From the human T2T-CHM13v2.0 reference genome, Homo sapiens: a stretch of 64,000 bases of DNA. The notes under the pieces were generated by a model. That model had not been told where the DNA came from. It saw only the letters and a list, made by a program, of their open reading frames with translations, and ran no database searches. The stretch is taken from the NCBI RefSeq assembly GCF_009914755.1, contig NC_060942.1; one strand, given 5' to 3'. Positions 1 through 11,800 of this stretch are shown in pieces. The position numbers and the translations under genes were made by a program. How positions within the stretch are numbered: position 1 is the first letter of the stretch; every line of letters starts with the position of its first letter.

Positions 1-190
1 ATTTGGAGCGCTTTCAGGCCTATGTTGAAAAAGGAAATATCTTCCCATAACAACTAGACACAAGCATTCTCAGAAACTTGTTTGTGATGTGTGCCCTCTA
101 CTGACAGAGTTGAACCTTTCTTTTCATAGAGCAGTTTTGAAACACTCTTTTTGTAGAATCTGCAAGAGGATATTTGCATAGCTTTGAGGA

Positions 191-207
191 TTTCGTGGGA
201 AACGGGA
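191..207 (+). promoter_or_regulatory. CENP-B box (m1). First of 6 per 12-mer; others in H1 start at 533, 875, 1213, 1551, 1888. About 189 box positions in the window.
   Basis: TTTCGTGGGAAACGGGA matches NTTCGNNNNANNCGGGN. Other variants (TTTCGTTGGAAACGGGA, TTTCGTTGGAAGCGGGA, TTTCGCTGGAAGCGGGA, TTTCGCTGGAGGCGGGA) all keep the 9 core bases. Spacing is 337-342 bp. The total is calculated from the unit inventory. Confidence 0.97.
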
Positions 208-1041
208 TTGTCTTCAGGTAAAATCTAGACAGAAGCATTCTCAGAAACTTCTTTGGGATGTTTGCATTCAAGTCACAGAGTAGAACATTCCCTTTGGTAG
301 AGCAGGTTTGAAACACTCTTTTTATAGTATCTGGAAGTGGACATTTGGAGCGCTTTCAGGCCTATGTTGGAAAGGGAAATATCTTCCCGTAACAACTAGG
401 CAGAAGCATTCTCAGAAACTTATTTGAGATGTGTGTACTCAACTAAGAGAATTGAACCACCGTTTTGAAGGAGCAGTTTTGAAACACTCTTTTTCTGGAA
501 TCTGCAAGAGGATATTTGCCTAGCTTTGAGGATTTCGTTGGAAACGGGATTGTCTTCAGATCAAATCTAGACAGAAGCATTCTCAGAAACTTCTTTGGGA
601 TGTTTGCATTCAAGTCACAGAGTAGAACATTCCCTTTGGTAGAGCAGGTTTGAAACACTCTTTTTTTAGTATATGGAAGTGGACATTTGGAGCGCTTTCA
701 GGCCTACGTTGGAAAAGGAAATATCTTCCCATAACAATTAGACAGAAGCATTCTCAGAAACTAGTTTCTGATGTGTGTCCTCAACTAACACAGTTGAACA
801 TTTCTTTAGACAGAACAGTTTTGAAACTCTCTTTTTGTGGAATCTGCAAGTGGCTATTTGGCTAGATTTGAGGATTTCGTTGGAAACGGGATTACATATA
901 AAAAGCAGACAGCACCATTCTCAGAACGTTCTTTGTGATGATTGCATTCAAGTCACAGAATTGAACATTCCCTTTCACAGAGCAGGTTTGAAACACTCTT
1001 TTTGTAGTGTGTGTAAGTGGACATTTGGAGCGCTTTCCGGC

Positions 1042-1058
1042 CTAAGGTGAAAAAGGAA
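1042..1058 (+). promoter_or_regulatory. pJalpha-box-like motif of A-type monomers (example in m6)
   Basis: CTAAGGTGAAAAAGGAA lies at the position homologous to the CENP-B box (875+167). Other even monomers carry CTATGTTGGAAAAGGAA or CTACGTTGGAAAAGGAA variants. Confidence 0.8.
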
Positions 1059-2099
1059 ATATCTTCCCATAAAAACTAGACAGAAGCATTCTCAGAAACT
1101 TACTCGTGGTGTGTGTCCTCAACTAAAGGAGTAGAACCTTTCTTTTCATAGAGAAGTTTTGAAACGCTCTTTTTGTGGAATCTGCAAGTGGATATTTGGC
1201 TAGTTTTGAAGATTTCGTTGGAAGCGGGAATTCATACAAATTGCAGACTGCAGCGTTCTGAGAAACATCTGTGTGATGTTTGTATTCAGGACACAGAGTT
1301 GAACATTCCTTATCATAGAGCAGGTTTGAATCACTCCTTTTGTAGTATCTGGAAGTGGACATTTGGAGCGCTTTCAGGCCTATGTTGGAAAAGGAAATAT
1401 CTTCCCATAACAACTAGACAGAAGCATTCTCAGAAACTTATTTGAGATGTGTGTACTCAACTAAGAGAATTGAACCACCGTTTTGAAGGAGCAGTTTTGA
1501 AACACTCTTTTTCTGGAATCTGCAAGTGGATATTTGGTTAGCTTTGGGGATTTCGCTGGAAGCGGGAATACATATAAAAAGCACACAGCAGCGTTCTGAG
1601 AAACTGCTTTCTGATGTTTGCATTCAAGTCAAAAGTTGAACACTCCCTTTCATAGTGCAGTCCTGAAACACTCCTTTTGTAGTATCTGGAACTGAACTTT
1701 TGGAGCGCTTTCAGGGCTAAGGTGAAAAAGGAAATATCTTCCCATAAAAACTGGACAGAAGCATTCTCAGAAACTTGTTTATGCTGTATCTACTCAACTA
1801 ACAAAGTTGAACCTTTCTTTTGATAGAGCAGTTTTGAAATGCTCTTTTTGTGGAATCTGCAAGTGGATATTTGGCTAGTTTTGAGGATTTCGTTGGAAGC
1901 GGGAATTCATACAAATTGCAGACTGCAGCGTTCTGAGAAACATCTTTGTGATGTTTGTATTCAGGACAGAGAGTTGAACATTCCCTATCATAGAGCAGGT
2001 TGGAATCACTCCTTTTGTAGTATCTGGAAGTGGACATTTGGAGCACTTTCCGGCCTAAGGTGAAAAAGGAAATATCTTCCCATAAAAACTAGACAGAAG

Positions 2100-4134
2100 C
2101 ATTCTCAGAAACTTACTCGTGATGTGTGTCCTCCACTAAATGAGTAGAACCTTTCTTTTCATAGAGCAGTTTTGAAACACTCTTTTTGTAGAATCTGCAA
2201 GAGGATATTTGCATAGCTTTGAGGATTTCGTGGGAAACGGGATTGTCTTCAGGTAAAATCTAGACAGAAGCATTCTCAGAAACTTCTTTGGGATGTTTGC
2301 ATTCAAGTCACAGAGTAGAACATTCCCTTTGGTAGAGCAGGTTTGAAACACTCTTTTTGTAGTATCTGGAAGTGGACATTTGGAGCGCTTTCAGGCCTAT
2401 GTTGGAAAGGGAAATATCTTCCCGTAACAACTAGGCAGAAGCATTCTCAGAAACTTATTTGAGATGTGTGTACTCAACTAAGAGAATTGAACCACCGTTT
2501 TGAAGGAGCAGTTTTGAAACACTCTTTTTCTGGAATCTGCAAGAGGATATTTGCCTAGCCTTGAGGATTTCGTTGGAAACGGGATTGTCTTCAGATCAAA
2601 TCTAGACAGAAGCATTCTCAGAAACTTCTTTGGGATGTTTGCATTCAAGTCACAGAGTAGAACATTCCCTTTGGTAGAGCAGGTTTGAAACACTCTTTTT
2701 TTAGTATATGGAAGTGGACATTTGGAGCGCTTTCAGGCCTACGTTGGAAAAGGAAATATCTTCCCATAACAACTAGACAGAAGCATTCTCAGAAACTAGT
2801 TTCTGATGTGTGTCCTCAACTAACACAGTTGAACATTTCTTTAGACAGAACAGTTTTGAAACTCTCTTTTTGTGGAATCTGCAAGTGGCTATTTGGCTTG
2901 ATTTGAGGATTTCGTTGGAAACGGGATTACATATAAAAAGCAGACAGCAGCATTCTCAGAAAGTTCTTTGTGATGATTGCATTCAAGTCACAGAATTGAA
3001 CATTCCCTTTCACAGAGCAGGTTTGAAACACTCTTTTTATAGTGTGTGTAAGTGGACATTTGGAGCACTTTCCGGCCTAAGGTGAAAAAGGAAATATCTT
3101 CCCATAAAAACTAGACAGAAGCATTCTCAGAAACTTACTCGTGATGTGTGTCCTCAACTAAAGGAGTAGAACCTTTCTTTTCATAGAGAAGTTTTGAAAC
3201 GCTCTTTTTGTGGAATCTGCAAGTGGATATTTGGCTAGTTTGGAGGATTTCGTTGGAAGCGGGAATTCATACAAATTGCAGACTGCAGCGTTCTGAGAAA
3301 CATCTTTGTGATGTTTGTATTCAGGACACAGAGTTGAACATTCCCTATCATAGAGCAGGTTTGAATCACTCCTTTTGTAGTATCTGGAAGTGGACATTTG
3401 GAGCGCTTTCAGGCCTATGTTGGAAAAGGAAATATCTTCCCATAACAACTAGACAGAAGCATTCTCAGAAACTTATTTGAGATGTGTGTACTCAACTAAG
3501 AGAATTGAACCACCGTTTTGAAGGAGCAGTTTTGAAACACTCTTTTTCTGGAATCTGCAAGTGGATATTTGGCTAGCTTTGGGGATTTCGCTGGAAGCGG
3601 GAATACATATAAAAAGCACACAGCAGCGTTCTGAGAAACTGCTTTCTGATGTTTGCATTCAAGTCAAAAGTTGAACACTCCCTTTCATAGTGCAGTCCTG
3701 AAACACTCCCTTTGTAGTATCTGGAACTGGACTTTTGGAGCGCTTTCAGGGCTAAGGTGAAAAAGGAAATATCTTCCCATAAAAACTGGACAGAAGCATT
3801 CTCAGAAACTTGTTTATGCTGTATCTACTCAACTAACAAAGTTGAACCTTTCTTTTGATAGAGCAGTTTTGAAATGCTCTTTTTGTGGAATCTGCAAGTG
3901 GATATTTGGCTAGTTTTGAGGATTTCGTTGGAAGCGGGAATTCATACAAATTGCAGACTGCAGCGTTCTGAGAAACATCTTTGTGATGTTTGTATTCAGG
4001 ACAGAGAGTTGAACATTCCCTATCATAGAGCAGGTTGGAATCACTCCTTTTGTAGTATCTGGAAGTGGACATTTGGAGCACTTTCCGGCCTAAGGTGAAA
4101 AAGGAAATATCTTCCCATAAAAACTAGACAGAAG
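2100..4134. repeat. 12-mer HOR H2 with chimeric first monomer (m7-like start, m1 end)
   Basis: Starts CATTCTCAGAAACTTACTCGTGATG (m7 type) but ends with the m1 box TTTCGTGGGAAACGGGA. Length is unchanged at 2035 bp. Confidence 0.9.
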
Positions 4135-5827
4135 CATTCTCAGAAACTTACTCGTGATGTGTGTCCTCCACTAAATGAGTAGAACCTTTCTTTTCATAGA
4201 GAAGTTTTGAAACGCTCTTTTTGTAGAATCTGCAAGAGGATATTTGCATAGCTTTGAGGATTTCGTGGGAAACGGGATTGTCTTCAGGTAAAATCTAGAC
4301 AGAAGCATTCTCAGAAACTTCTTTGGGATGTTTGCATTCAAGTCACAGAGTAGAACATTCCCTTTGGTAGAGCAGGTTTGAAACACTCTTTTTTTAGTAT
4401 ATGGAAGTGGACATTTGGAGCGCTTTCAGGCCTACGTTGGAAAAGGAAATATCTTCCCATAACAACTAGACAGAAGCATTCTCAGAAACTAGTTTCTGAT
4501 GTGTGTCCTCAACTAACACAGTTGAACATTTCTTTAGACAGAACAGTTTTGAAACTCTCTTTTTGTGGAATCTGCAAGTGGCTATTTGGCTTGATTTGAG
4601 GATTTCGTTGGAAACGGGATTACATATAAAAAGCAGACAGCAGCATTCTCAGAAAGTTCTTTGTGATGATTGCATTCAAGTCACAGAATTGAACATTCCC
4701 TTTCACAGAGCAGGTTTGAAACACTCTTTTTATAGTGTGTGTAAGTGGACATTTGGAGCACTTTCCGGCCTAAGGTGAAAAAGGAAATATCTTCCCATAA
4801 AAACTAGACAGAAGCATTCTCAGAAACTTACTCGTGATGTGTGTCCTCAACTAAAGGAGTAGAACCTTTCTTTTCATAGAGAAGTTTTGAAACGCTCTTT
4901 TTGTGGAATCTGCAAGTGGATATTTGGCTAGTTTGGAGGATTTCGTTGGAAGCGGGAATTCATACAAATTGCAGACTGCAGCGTTCTGAGAAACATCTTT
5001 GTGATGTTTGTATTCAGGACACAGAGTTGAACATTCCCTATCATAGAGCAGGTTGGAATCACTCCTTTTGTAGTATCTGGAAGTGGACATTTGGAGCGCT
5101 TTCAGGCCTATGTTGGAAAAGGAAATATCTTCCCATAACAACTAGACAGAAGCATTCTCAGAAACTTATTTGAGATGTGTGTACTCAACTAAGAGAATTG
5201 AACCACCGTTTTGAAGGAGCAGTTTTGAAACACTCTTTTTCTGGAATCTGCAAGTGGATATTTGGCTAGCTTTGGGGATTTCGCTGGAAGCGGGAATACA
5301 TATAAAAAGCACACAGCAGCGTTCTGAGAAACTGCTTTCTGATGTTTGCATTCAAGTCAAAAGTTGAACACTCCCTTTCATAGAGCAGTCCTGAAACACT
5401 CCTTTTGTAGTATCTGGAACTGGACTTTTGGAGCGCTTTCAGGGCTAAGGTGAAAAAGGAAATATCTTCCCATAAAAACTGGACAGAAGCATTCTCAGAA
5501 ACTTGTTTATGCTGTATCTACTCAACTAACAAAGTTGAACCTTTCTTTTGATAGAGCAGTTTTGAAATGCTCTTTTTGTGGAATCTGCAAGTGGATATTT
5601 GGCTAGTTTTGAGGATTTCGTTGGAAGCGGGAATTCATACAAATTGCAGACTGCAGCGTTCTGAGAAACATCTTTGTGATGTTTGTATTCAGGACAGAGA
5701 GTTGAACATTCCCTATCATAGAGCAGGTTGGAATCACTCCTTTTGTAGTATCTGGAAGTGGACATTTGGAGCGCTTTCTGGCCTATGTTGAAAAAGGAAA
5801 TATCTTCCCATAACAACTAGACACAAG
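4135..5827. repeat. 10-mer HOR variant H3 (1693 bp, 342-bp deletion, m2/m4 fusion)
   Basis: m1 is followed by a monomer ending in the m4 tail (TTTTTTTAGTATATGG...CTACGTTGG), then m5. The second 71-aa MFQTC ORF is missing from the track here. Confidence 0.95.
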
Positions 5828-8800
5828 CATTCTCAGAAACTTGTTTGTGATGTGTGCCCTCTACTGACAGAGTTGAACCTTTCTTTTCATAGAGCAGTTT
5901 TGAAACACTCTTTTTGTAGAATCTGCAAGAGGATATTTGCATAGCTTTGAGGATTTCGTGGGAAACGGGATTGTCTTCAGGTAAAATCTAGACAGAAGCA
6001 TTCTCAGAAACTTCTTTGGGATGTTTGCATTCAAGTCACAGAGTAGAACATTCCCTTTGGTAGAGCAGGTTTGAAACACTCTTTTTGTAGTATCTGGAAG
6101 TGGACATTTGGAGCGCTTTCAGGCCTATGTTGGAAAGGGAAATATCTTCCCGTAACAACTAGGCAGAAGCATTCTCAGAAACTTATTTGAGATGTGTGTA
6201 CTCAACTAAGAGAATTGAATCACCGTTTTGAAGGAGCAGTTTTGAAACACTCTTTTTCTGGAATCTGCAAGAGGATATTTGCCTAGCCTTGAGGATTTCG
6301 TTGGAAACGGGATTGTCTTCAGATCAAATCTAGACAGAAGCATTCTCAGAAACTTCTTTGGGATGTTTGCATTCAAGTCACAGAGTAGAACATTCCCTTT
6401 GGTAGAGCAGGTTTGAAACACTCTTTTTTTAGTATATGGAAGTGGACATTTGGAGCGCTTTCAGGCCTACGTTGGAAAAGGAAATATCTTCCCATAACAA
6501 CTAGACAGAAGCATTCTCAGAAACTAGTTTCTGATGTGTGTCCTCAACTAACACAGTTGAACATTTCTTTAGACAGAACAGTTTTGAAACACTCTTTTTG
6601 TGGAATCTGCAAGTGGCTATTTGGCTAGATTTGAGGATTTCGTTGGAAACGGGATTACATATAAAAAGCAGACAGCAGCATTCTCAGAAAGTTCTTTGTG
6701 ATGATTGCATTCAAGTCACAGAATTGAACATTCCCTTTCACAGAGCAGGTTTGAAACACTCTTTTTGTAGTGTGTGTAAGTGGACATTTGGAGCACTTTC
6801 CGGCCTAAGGTGAAAGAGGGAATATCTTCCCATAAAAACTAGACAGAAGCATTCTCAGAAACTTACTCGTGATGTGTGTCCTCAACTAAAGGAGTAGAAC
6901 CTTTGTTTTCATAGAGAAGTTTTGAAACGCTCTTTTTGTGGAATCTGCAAGTGGATATTTGGCTAGTTTGGAGGATTTCGTTGGAAGCGGGAATTCATAC
7001 AAATTGCAGACTGCAGCGTTCTGAGAAACATCTTTGTGATGTTTGTATTCAGGACACAGAGTTGAACATTCCCTATCATAGAGCAGGTTTGAATCACTCC
7101 TTTTGTAGTATCTGGAAGTGGACATTTGGAGCGCTTTCAGGCCTATGTTGGAAAAGGAAATATCTTCCCATAACAACTAGACAGAAGCATTCTCAGAAAC
7201 TTATTTGAGATGTGTGTACTCAACTAAGAGAATTGAACCACCGTTTTGAAGGAGCAGTTTTGAAACACTCTTTTTCTGGAATCTGCAAGTGGATATTTGG
7301 CTAGCTTTGGGGATTTCGCTGGAAGCGGGAATACATATAAAAAGCACACAGCAGCGTTCTGAGAAACTGCTTTCTGATGTTTGCATTCAAGTCAAAAGTT
7401 GAACACTCCCTTTCATAGTGCAGTCCTGAAACACTCCTTTTGTAGTATCTGGAACTGGACTTTTGGAGCGCTTTCAGGGCTAAGGTGAAAAAGGAAATAT
7501 CTTCCCATAAAAACTGGACAGAAGCATTCTCAGAAACTTGTTTATGCTGTATCTACTCAACTAACAAAGTTGAACCTTTCTTTTGATAGAGCAGTTTTGA
7601 AATGCTCTTTTTGTGGAATCTGCAAGTGGATATTTGGCTAGTTTTGAGGATTTCGTTGGAAGCGGGAATTCATACAAATTGCAGACTGCAGCGTTCTGAG
7701 AAACATCTTTGTGATGTTTGTATTCAGGACACAGAGTTGAACATTCCCTATCATAGAGCAGGTTGGAATCACTCCTTTTGTAGTATCTGGAAGTGGACAT
7801 TTGGAGCGCTTTCTGGCCTATGTTGAAAAAGGAAATATCTTCCCATAACAACTAGACACAAGCATTCTCAGAAACTTGTTTGTGATGTGTGCCCTCTACT
7901 GACAGAGTTGAACATTTCTTTTCATAGAGCAGTTTTGAAACACTCTTTTTGTAGAATCTGCAAGAGGATATTTGCATAGCTTTGAGGATTTCGTGGGAAA
8001 CGGGATTGTCTTCAGGTAAAATCTAGACAGAAGCATTCTCAGAAACTTCTTTGGGATGTTTGCATTCAAGTCACAGAGTAGAACATTCCCTTTGGTAGAG
8101 CAGGTTTGAAACACTCTTTTTGTAGTATCTGGAAGTGGACATTTGGAGCGCTTTCAGGCCTATGTTGGAAAGGGAAATATCTTCCGGTAACAACTAGGCA
8201 GAAGCATTCTCAGAAACTTATTTGAGATGTGTGTACTCAACTAAGAGAATTGAACCACCGTTTTGAAGGAGCAGTTTTGAAACACTCTTTTTCTGGAATC
8301 TGCAAGAGGATATTTGCCTAGCTTTGAGGATTTCGTTGGAAACGGGATTGTGTTCAGATCAAATCTAGACAGAAGCATTCTCAGAAACTTCTTTGGGATG
8401 TTTGCATTCAAGTCACAGAGTAGAACATTCCCTTTGGTAGAGCAGGTGTGAAACACTCTTTTTTTAGTATATGGAAGTGGACATTTGGAGCGCTTTCAGG
8501 CCTACGTTGGAAAAGGAAATATCTTCCCATAACAACTAGACAGAAGCATTCTCAGAAACTAGTTTCTGATGTGTGTCCTCAACTAACACAGTTGAACATT
8601 TCTTTAGACAGAACAGTTTTGAAACTCTCTTTTTGTGGAATCTGCAAGTGGCTATTTGGCTAGATTTGAGGATTTCGTTGGAAACGGGATTACATATAAA
8701 AAGCAGACAGCAGCATTCTCAGAAAGTTCTTTGTGATGATTGCATTCAAGTCACAGAATTGAACATTCCCTTTCACAGAGCAGGTTTGAAACACTCTTTT

Positions 8801-11800
8801 TGTAGTGTGTGTAAGTGGACATTTGGAGCACTTTCCGGCCTAAGGTGAGAAAGGAAATATCTTCCCATAAAAACTAGACAGAAGCATTCTCAGAAACTTA
8901 CTCGTGATGTGTGTCCTCAACTAAAGGAGTAGAACCTTTCTTTCATAGAGAAGTTTTGAAACGCTCTTTTTGTGGAATCTGCAAGTGGATATTTGGCTAG
9001 TTTGGAGGATTTCGTTGGAAGCGGGAATTCATACAAATTGCAGACTGCAGCGTTCTGAGAAACATCTTTGTGATGTTTGTATTCAGGACACAGAGTTGAA
9101 CATTCCCTATCATAGAGCAGGTTGGAATCACTCCTTTTGTAGTATCTGGAAGTGGACATTTGGAGCGCTTTCAGGCCTATGTTGGAAAAGGAAATATCTT
9201 CCCATAACAACTAGACAGAAGCATTCTCAGAAACTTATTTGAGATGTGTGTACTCAACTAAGAGAATTGAACCACCGTTTTGAAGGAGCAGTTTTGAAAC
9301 ACTCTTTTTCTGGAATCTGCAAGTGGATATTTGGCTAGCTTTGGGGATTTCGCTGGAGGCGGGAATACATATAAAAAGCACACAGCAGCGTTCTGAGAAA
9401 CTGCTTTCTGATGTTTGCATTCAAGTCAAAAGTTGAACACTCCCTTTCATAGAGCAGTCCTGAAACACTCCTTTTGTAGTATCTGGAACTGGACTTTTGG
9501 AGCGCTTTCAGGGCTAAGGTGAAAATGGAAATATCTTCCCATAAAAACTGGACAGAAGCATTCTCAGAAACTTGTTTATGCTGTATCTACTCAACTAACA
9601 AAGTTGAACCTTTCTTTTGATAGAGCAGTTTTGAAATGCTCTTTTTGTGGAATCTGCAAGTGGATATTTGGCTAGTTTTGAGGATTTCGCTGGAAGCGGG
9701 AATTCATACAAATTGCAGACTGCAGCGTTCTGAGAAACATCTTTGTGATGTTTGTATTCAGGACAGAGAGTTGAACATTCCCTATCATAGAGCAGGTTGG
9801 AATCACTCCTTTTGTAGTATCTGGAAGTGGACATTTGGAGCGCTTTCAGGCCTATGTTGAAAAAGGAAATATCTTCCCATAACAACTAGACACAAGCATT
9901 CTCAGAAACTTGTTTGTGATGTGTGCTCTCTACTGACAGAGTTGAACCTTTCTTTTCATAGAGCAGTTTTGAAACACTCTTTTTGTAGAATCTGCAAGAG
10001 GATATTTGCATAGCTTTGAGGATTTCGTGGGAAACGGGATTGTCTTCAGGTAAAATCTAGACAGAAGCATTCTCAGAAACTTCTTTGGGATGTTTGCATT
10101 CAAGTCACAGAGTAGAACATTCCCTTTGGTAGAGCAGGTTTGAAACACTCTTTTTGTAGTATCTGGAAGTGGACATTTGGAGCGCTTTCAGGCCTATGTT
10201 GGAAAGGGAAATATCTTCCCGTAACAACTAGGCAGAAGCATTCTCAGAAACTTATTTGAGATGTGTGTACTCAACTAAGAGAATTGAACCACCGTTTTGA
10301 AGGAGCAGTTTTGAAACACTCTTTTTCTGGAATCTGCAAGAGGATATTTGCCTAGCTTTGAGGATTTCGTTGGAAACGGGATTGTCTTCAGATCAAATCT
10401 AGACAGAAGCATTCTCAGAAACTTCTTTGGGATGTTTGCATTCAAGTCACAGAGTAGAACATTCCCTTTGGTAGAGCAGGTTTGAAACACTCTTTTTTTA
10501 GTATATGGAAGTGGACATTTGGAGCGCTTTCAGGCCTACGTTGGAAAAGGAAATATCTTCCCATAACAACTAGACAGAAGCATTCTCAGAAACTAGTTTC
10601 TGATGTGTGTCCTCAACTAACACAGTTGAACATTTCTTTAGACAGAACAGTTTTGAAACACTCTTTTTGTGGAATCTGCAAGTGGCTATTTGGCTAGATT
10701 TGAGGATTTCGTTGGAAACGGGATTACATATAAAAAGCAGACAGCAGCATTCTCAGAAAGTTCTTTGTGATGATTGCATTCAAGTCACAGAATTGAACAT
10801 TCCCTTTCACAGAGCAGGTTTGAAACACTCTTTTTGTAGTGTGTGTAAGTGGACATTTGGAGCACTTTCCGGCCTAAGGTGAAAAAGGAAATATCTTCCC
10901 ATAAAAACTAGACAGAAGCACTCTCAGAAACTTACTCGTGATGTGTGTCCTCAACTAAAGGAGTAGAACCTTTCTTTTCATAGAGAAGTTTTGAAACGCT
11001 CTTTTTGTGGAATCTGCAAGTGGATATTTGGCTAGTTTGGAGGATTTCGTTGGAAGCGGGAATTCATACAAATTGCAGACTGCAGCGTTCTGAGAAACAT
11101 CTTTGTGATGTTTGTATTCAGGACACAGAGTTGAACATTCCCTATCATAGAGCAGGTTGGAATCACTCCTTTTGTAGTATCTGGAAGTGGACATTTGGAG
11201 CGCTTTCAGGCCTATGTTGGAAAAGGAAATATCTTCCCATAACAACTAGACAGAAGCATTCTCAGAAACTTATTTGAGATGTGTGTACTCAACTAAGAGA
11301 ATTGAACCACCGTTTTGAAGGAGCAGTTTTGAAACACTCTTTTTCTGGAATCTGCAAGTGGATATTTGGCTAGCTTTGGGGATTTCGCTGGAAGCGGGAA
11401 TACATATAAAAAGCACACAGCAGCGTTCTGAGAAACTGCTTTCTGATGTTTGCATTCAAGTCAAAAGTTGAACACTCCCTTTCATAGTGCAGTCCTGAAA
11501 CACTCCTTTTGTAGTATCTGGAACTGGACTTTTGGAGCGCTTTCAGGGCTAAGGTGAAAAAGGAAATATCTTCCCATAAAAACTGGACAGAAGCATTCTC
11601 AGAAACTTGTTTATGCTGTATCTACTCAACTAACAAAGTTGAACCTTTCTTTTGATAGAGCAGTTTTGAAATGCTCTTTTTGTGGAATCTGCAAGTGGAT
11701 ATTTGGCTAGTTTTGAGGATTTCGTTGGAAGCGGGAATTCATACAAATTGCAGACTGCAGCGTTCTGAGAAACATCTTTGTGATGTTTGTATTCAGGACA

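Larger units (their letters stand above)
65..2099. repeat. D18Z1: Reference 12-monomer HOR unit (H1, 2035 bp), probably human chr18 D18Z1 (S2C18H1L)
   Basis: Monomer starts at 65, 236, 407, 578, 749, 916, 1087, 1254, 1425, 1592, 1762, 1929, with the next unit at 2100. Lengths are 171,171,171,171,167,171,167,171,167,170,167,171 = 2035. EcoRI GAATTC at 1228, 1903 and 3263 gives 675 and 1360 bp fragments, matching the 0.68/1.36 kb EcoRI ladder I recall for D18Z1. The HOR structure is certain; the chromosome assignment is recalled, not searched. Confidence 0.85.

Noticed and set aside
67-75. TTCTCAGAA / TTCTGAGAA dyad resembling a STAT GAS site at monomer starts
   Set aside because: An intrinsic part of the alphoid consensus; the sequence alone gives no evidence of regulatory use.
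374-388. GGGAAATATCTTCCC inverted repeat (hairpin, terminator or NF-kB-like)
   Set aside because: A short 5-bp stem that is a standard A-monomer feature and is disrupted in X-type units (CTTCCGG). No supported function.
896-904. ATATAAAAA TATA-like motif after CENP-B boxes in m5 and m9
   Set aside because: An AT-rich satellite motif repeated in every HOR, with no downstream gene or other promoter evidence.
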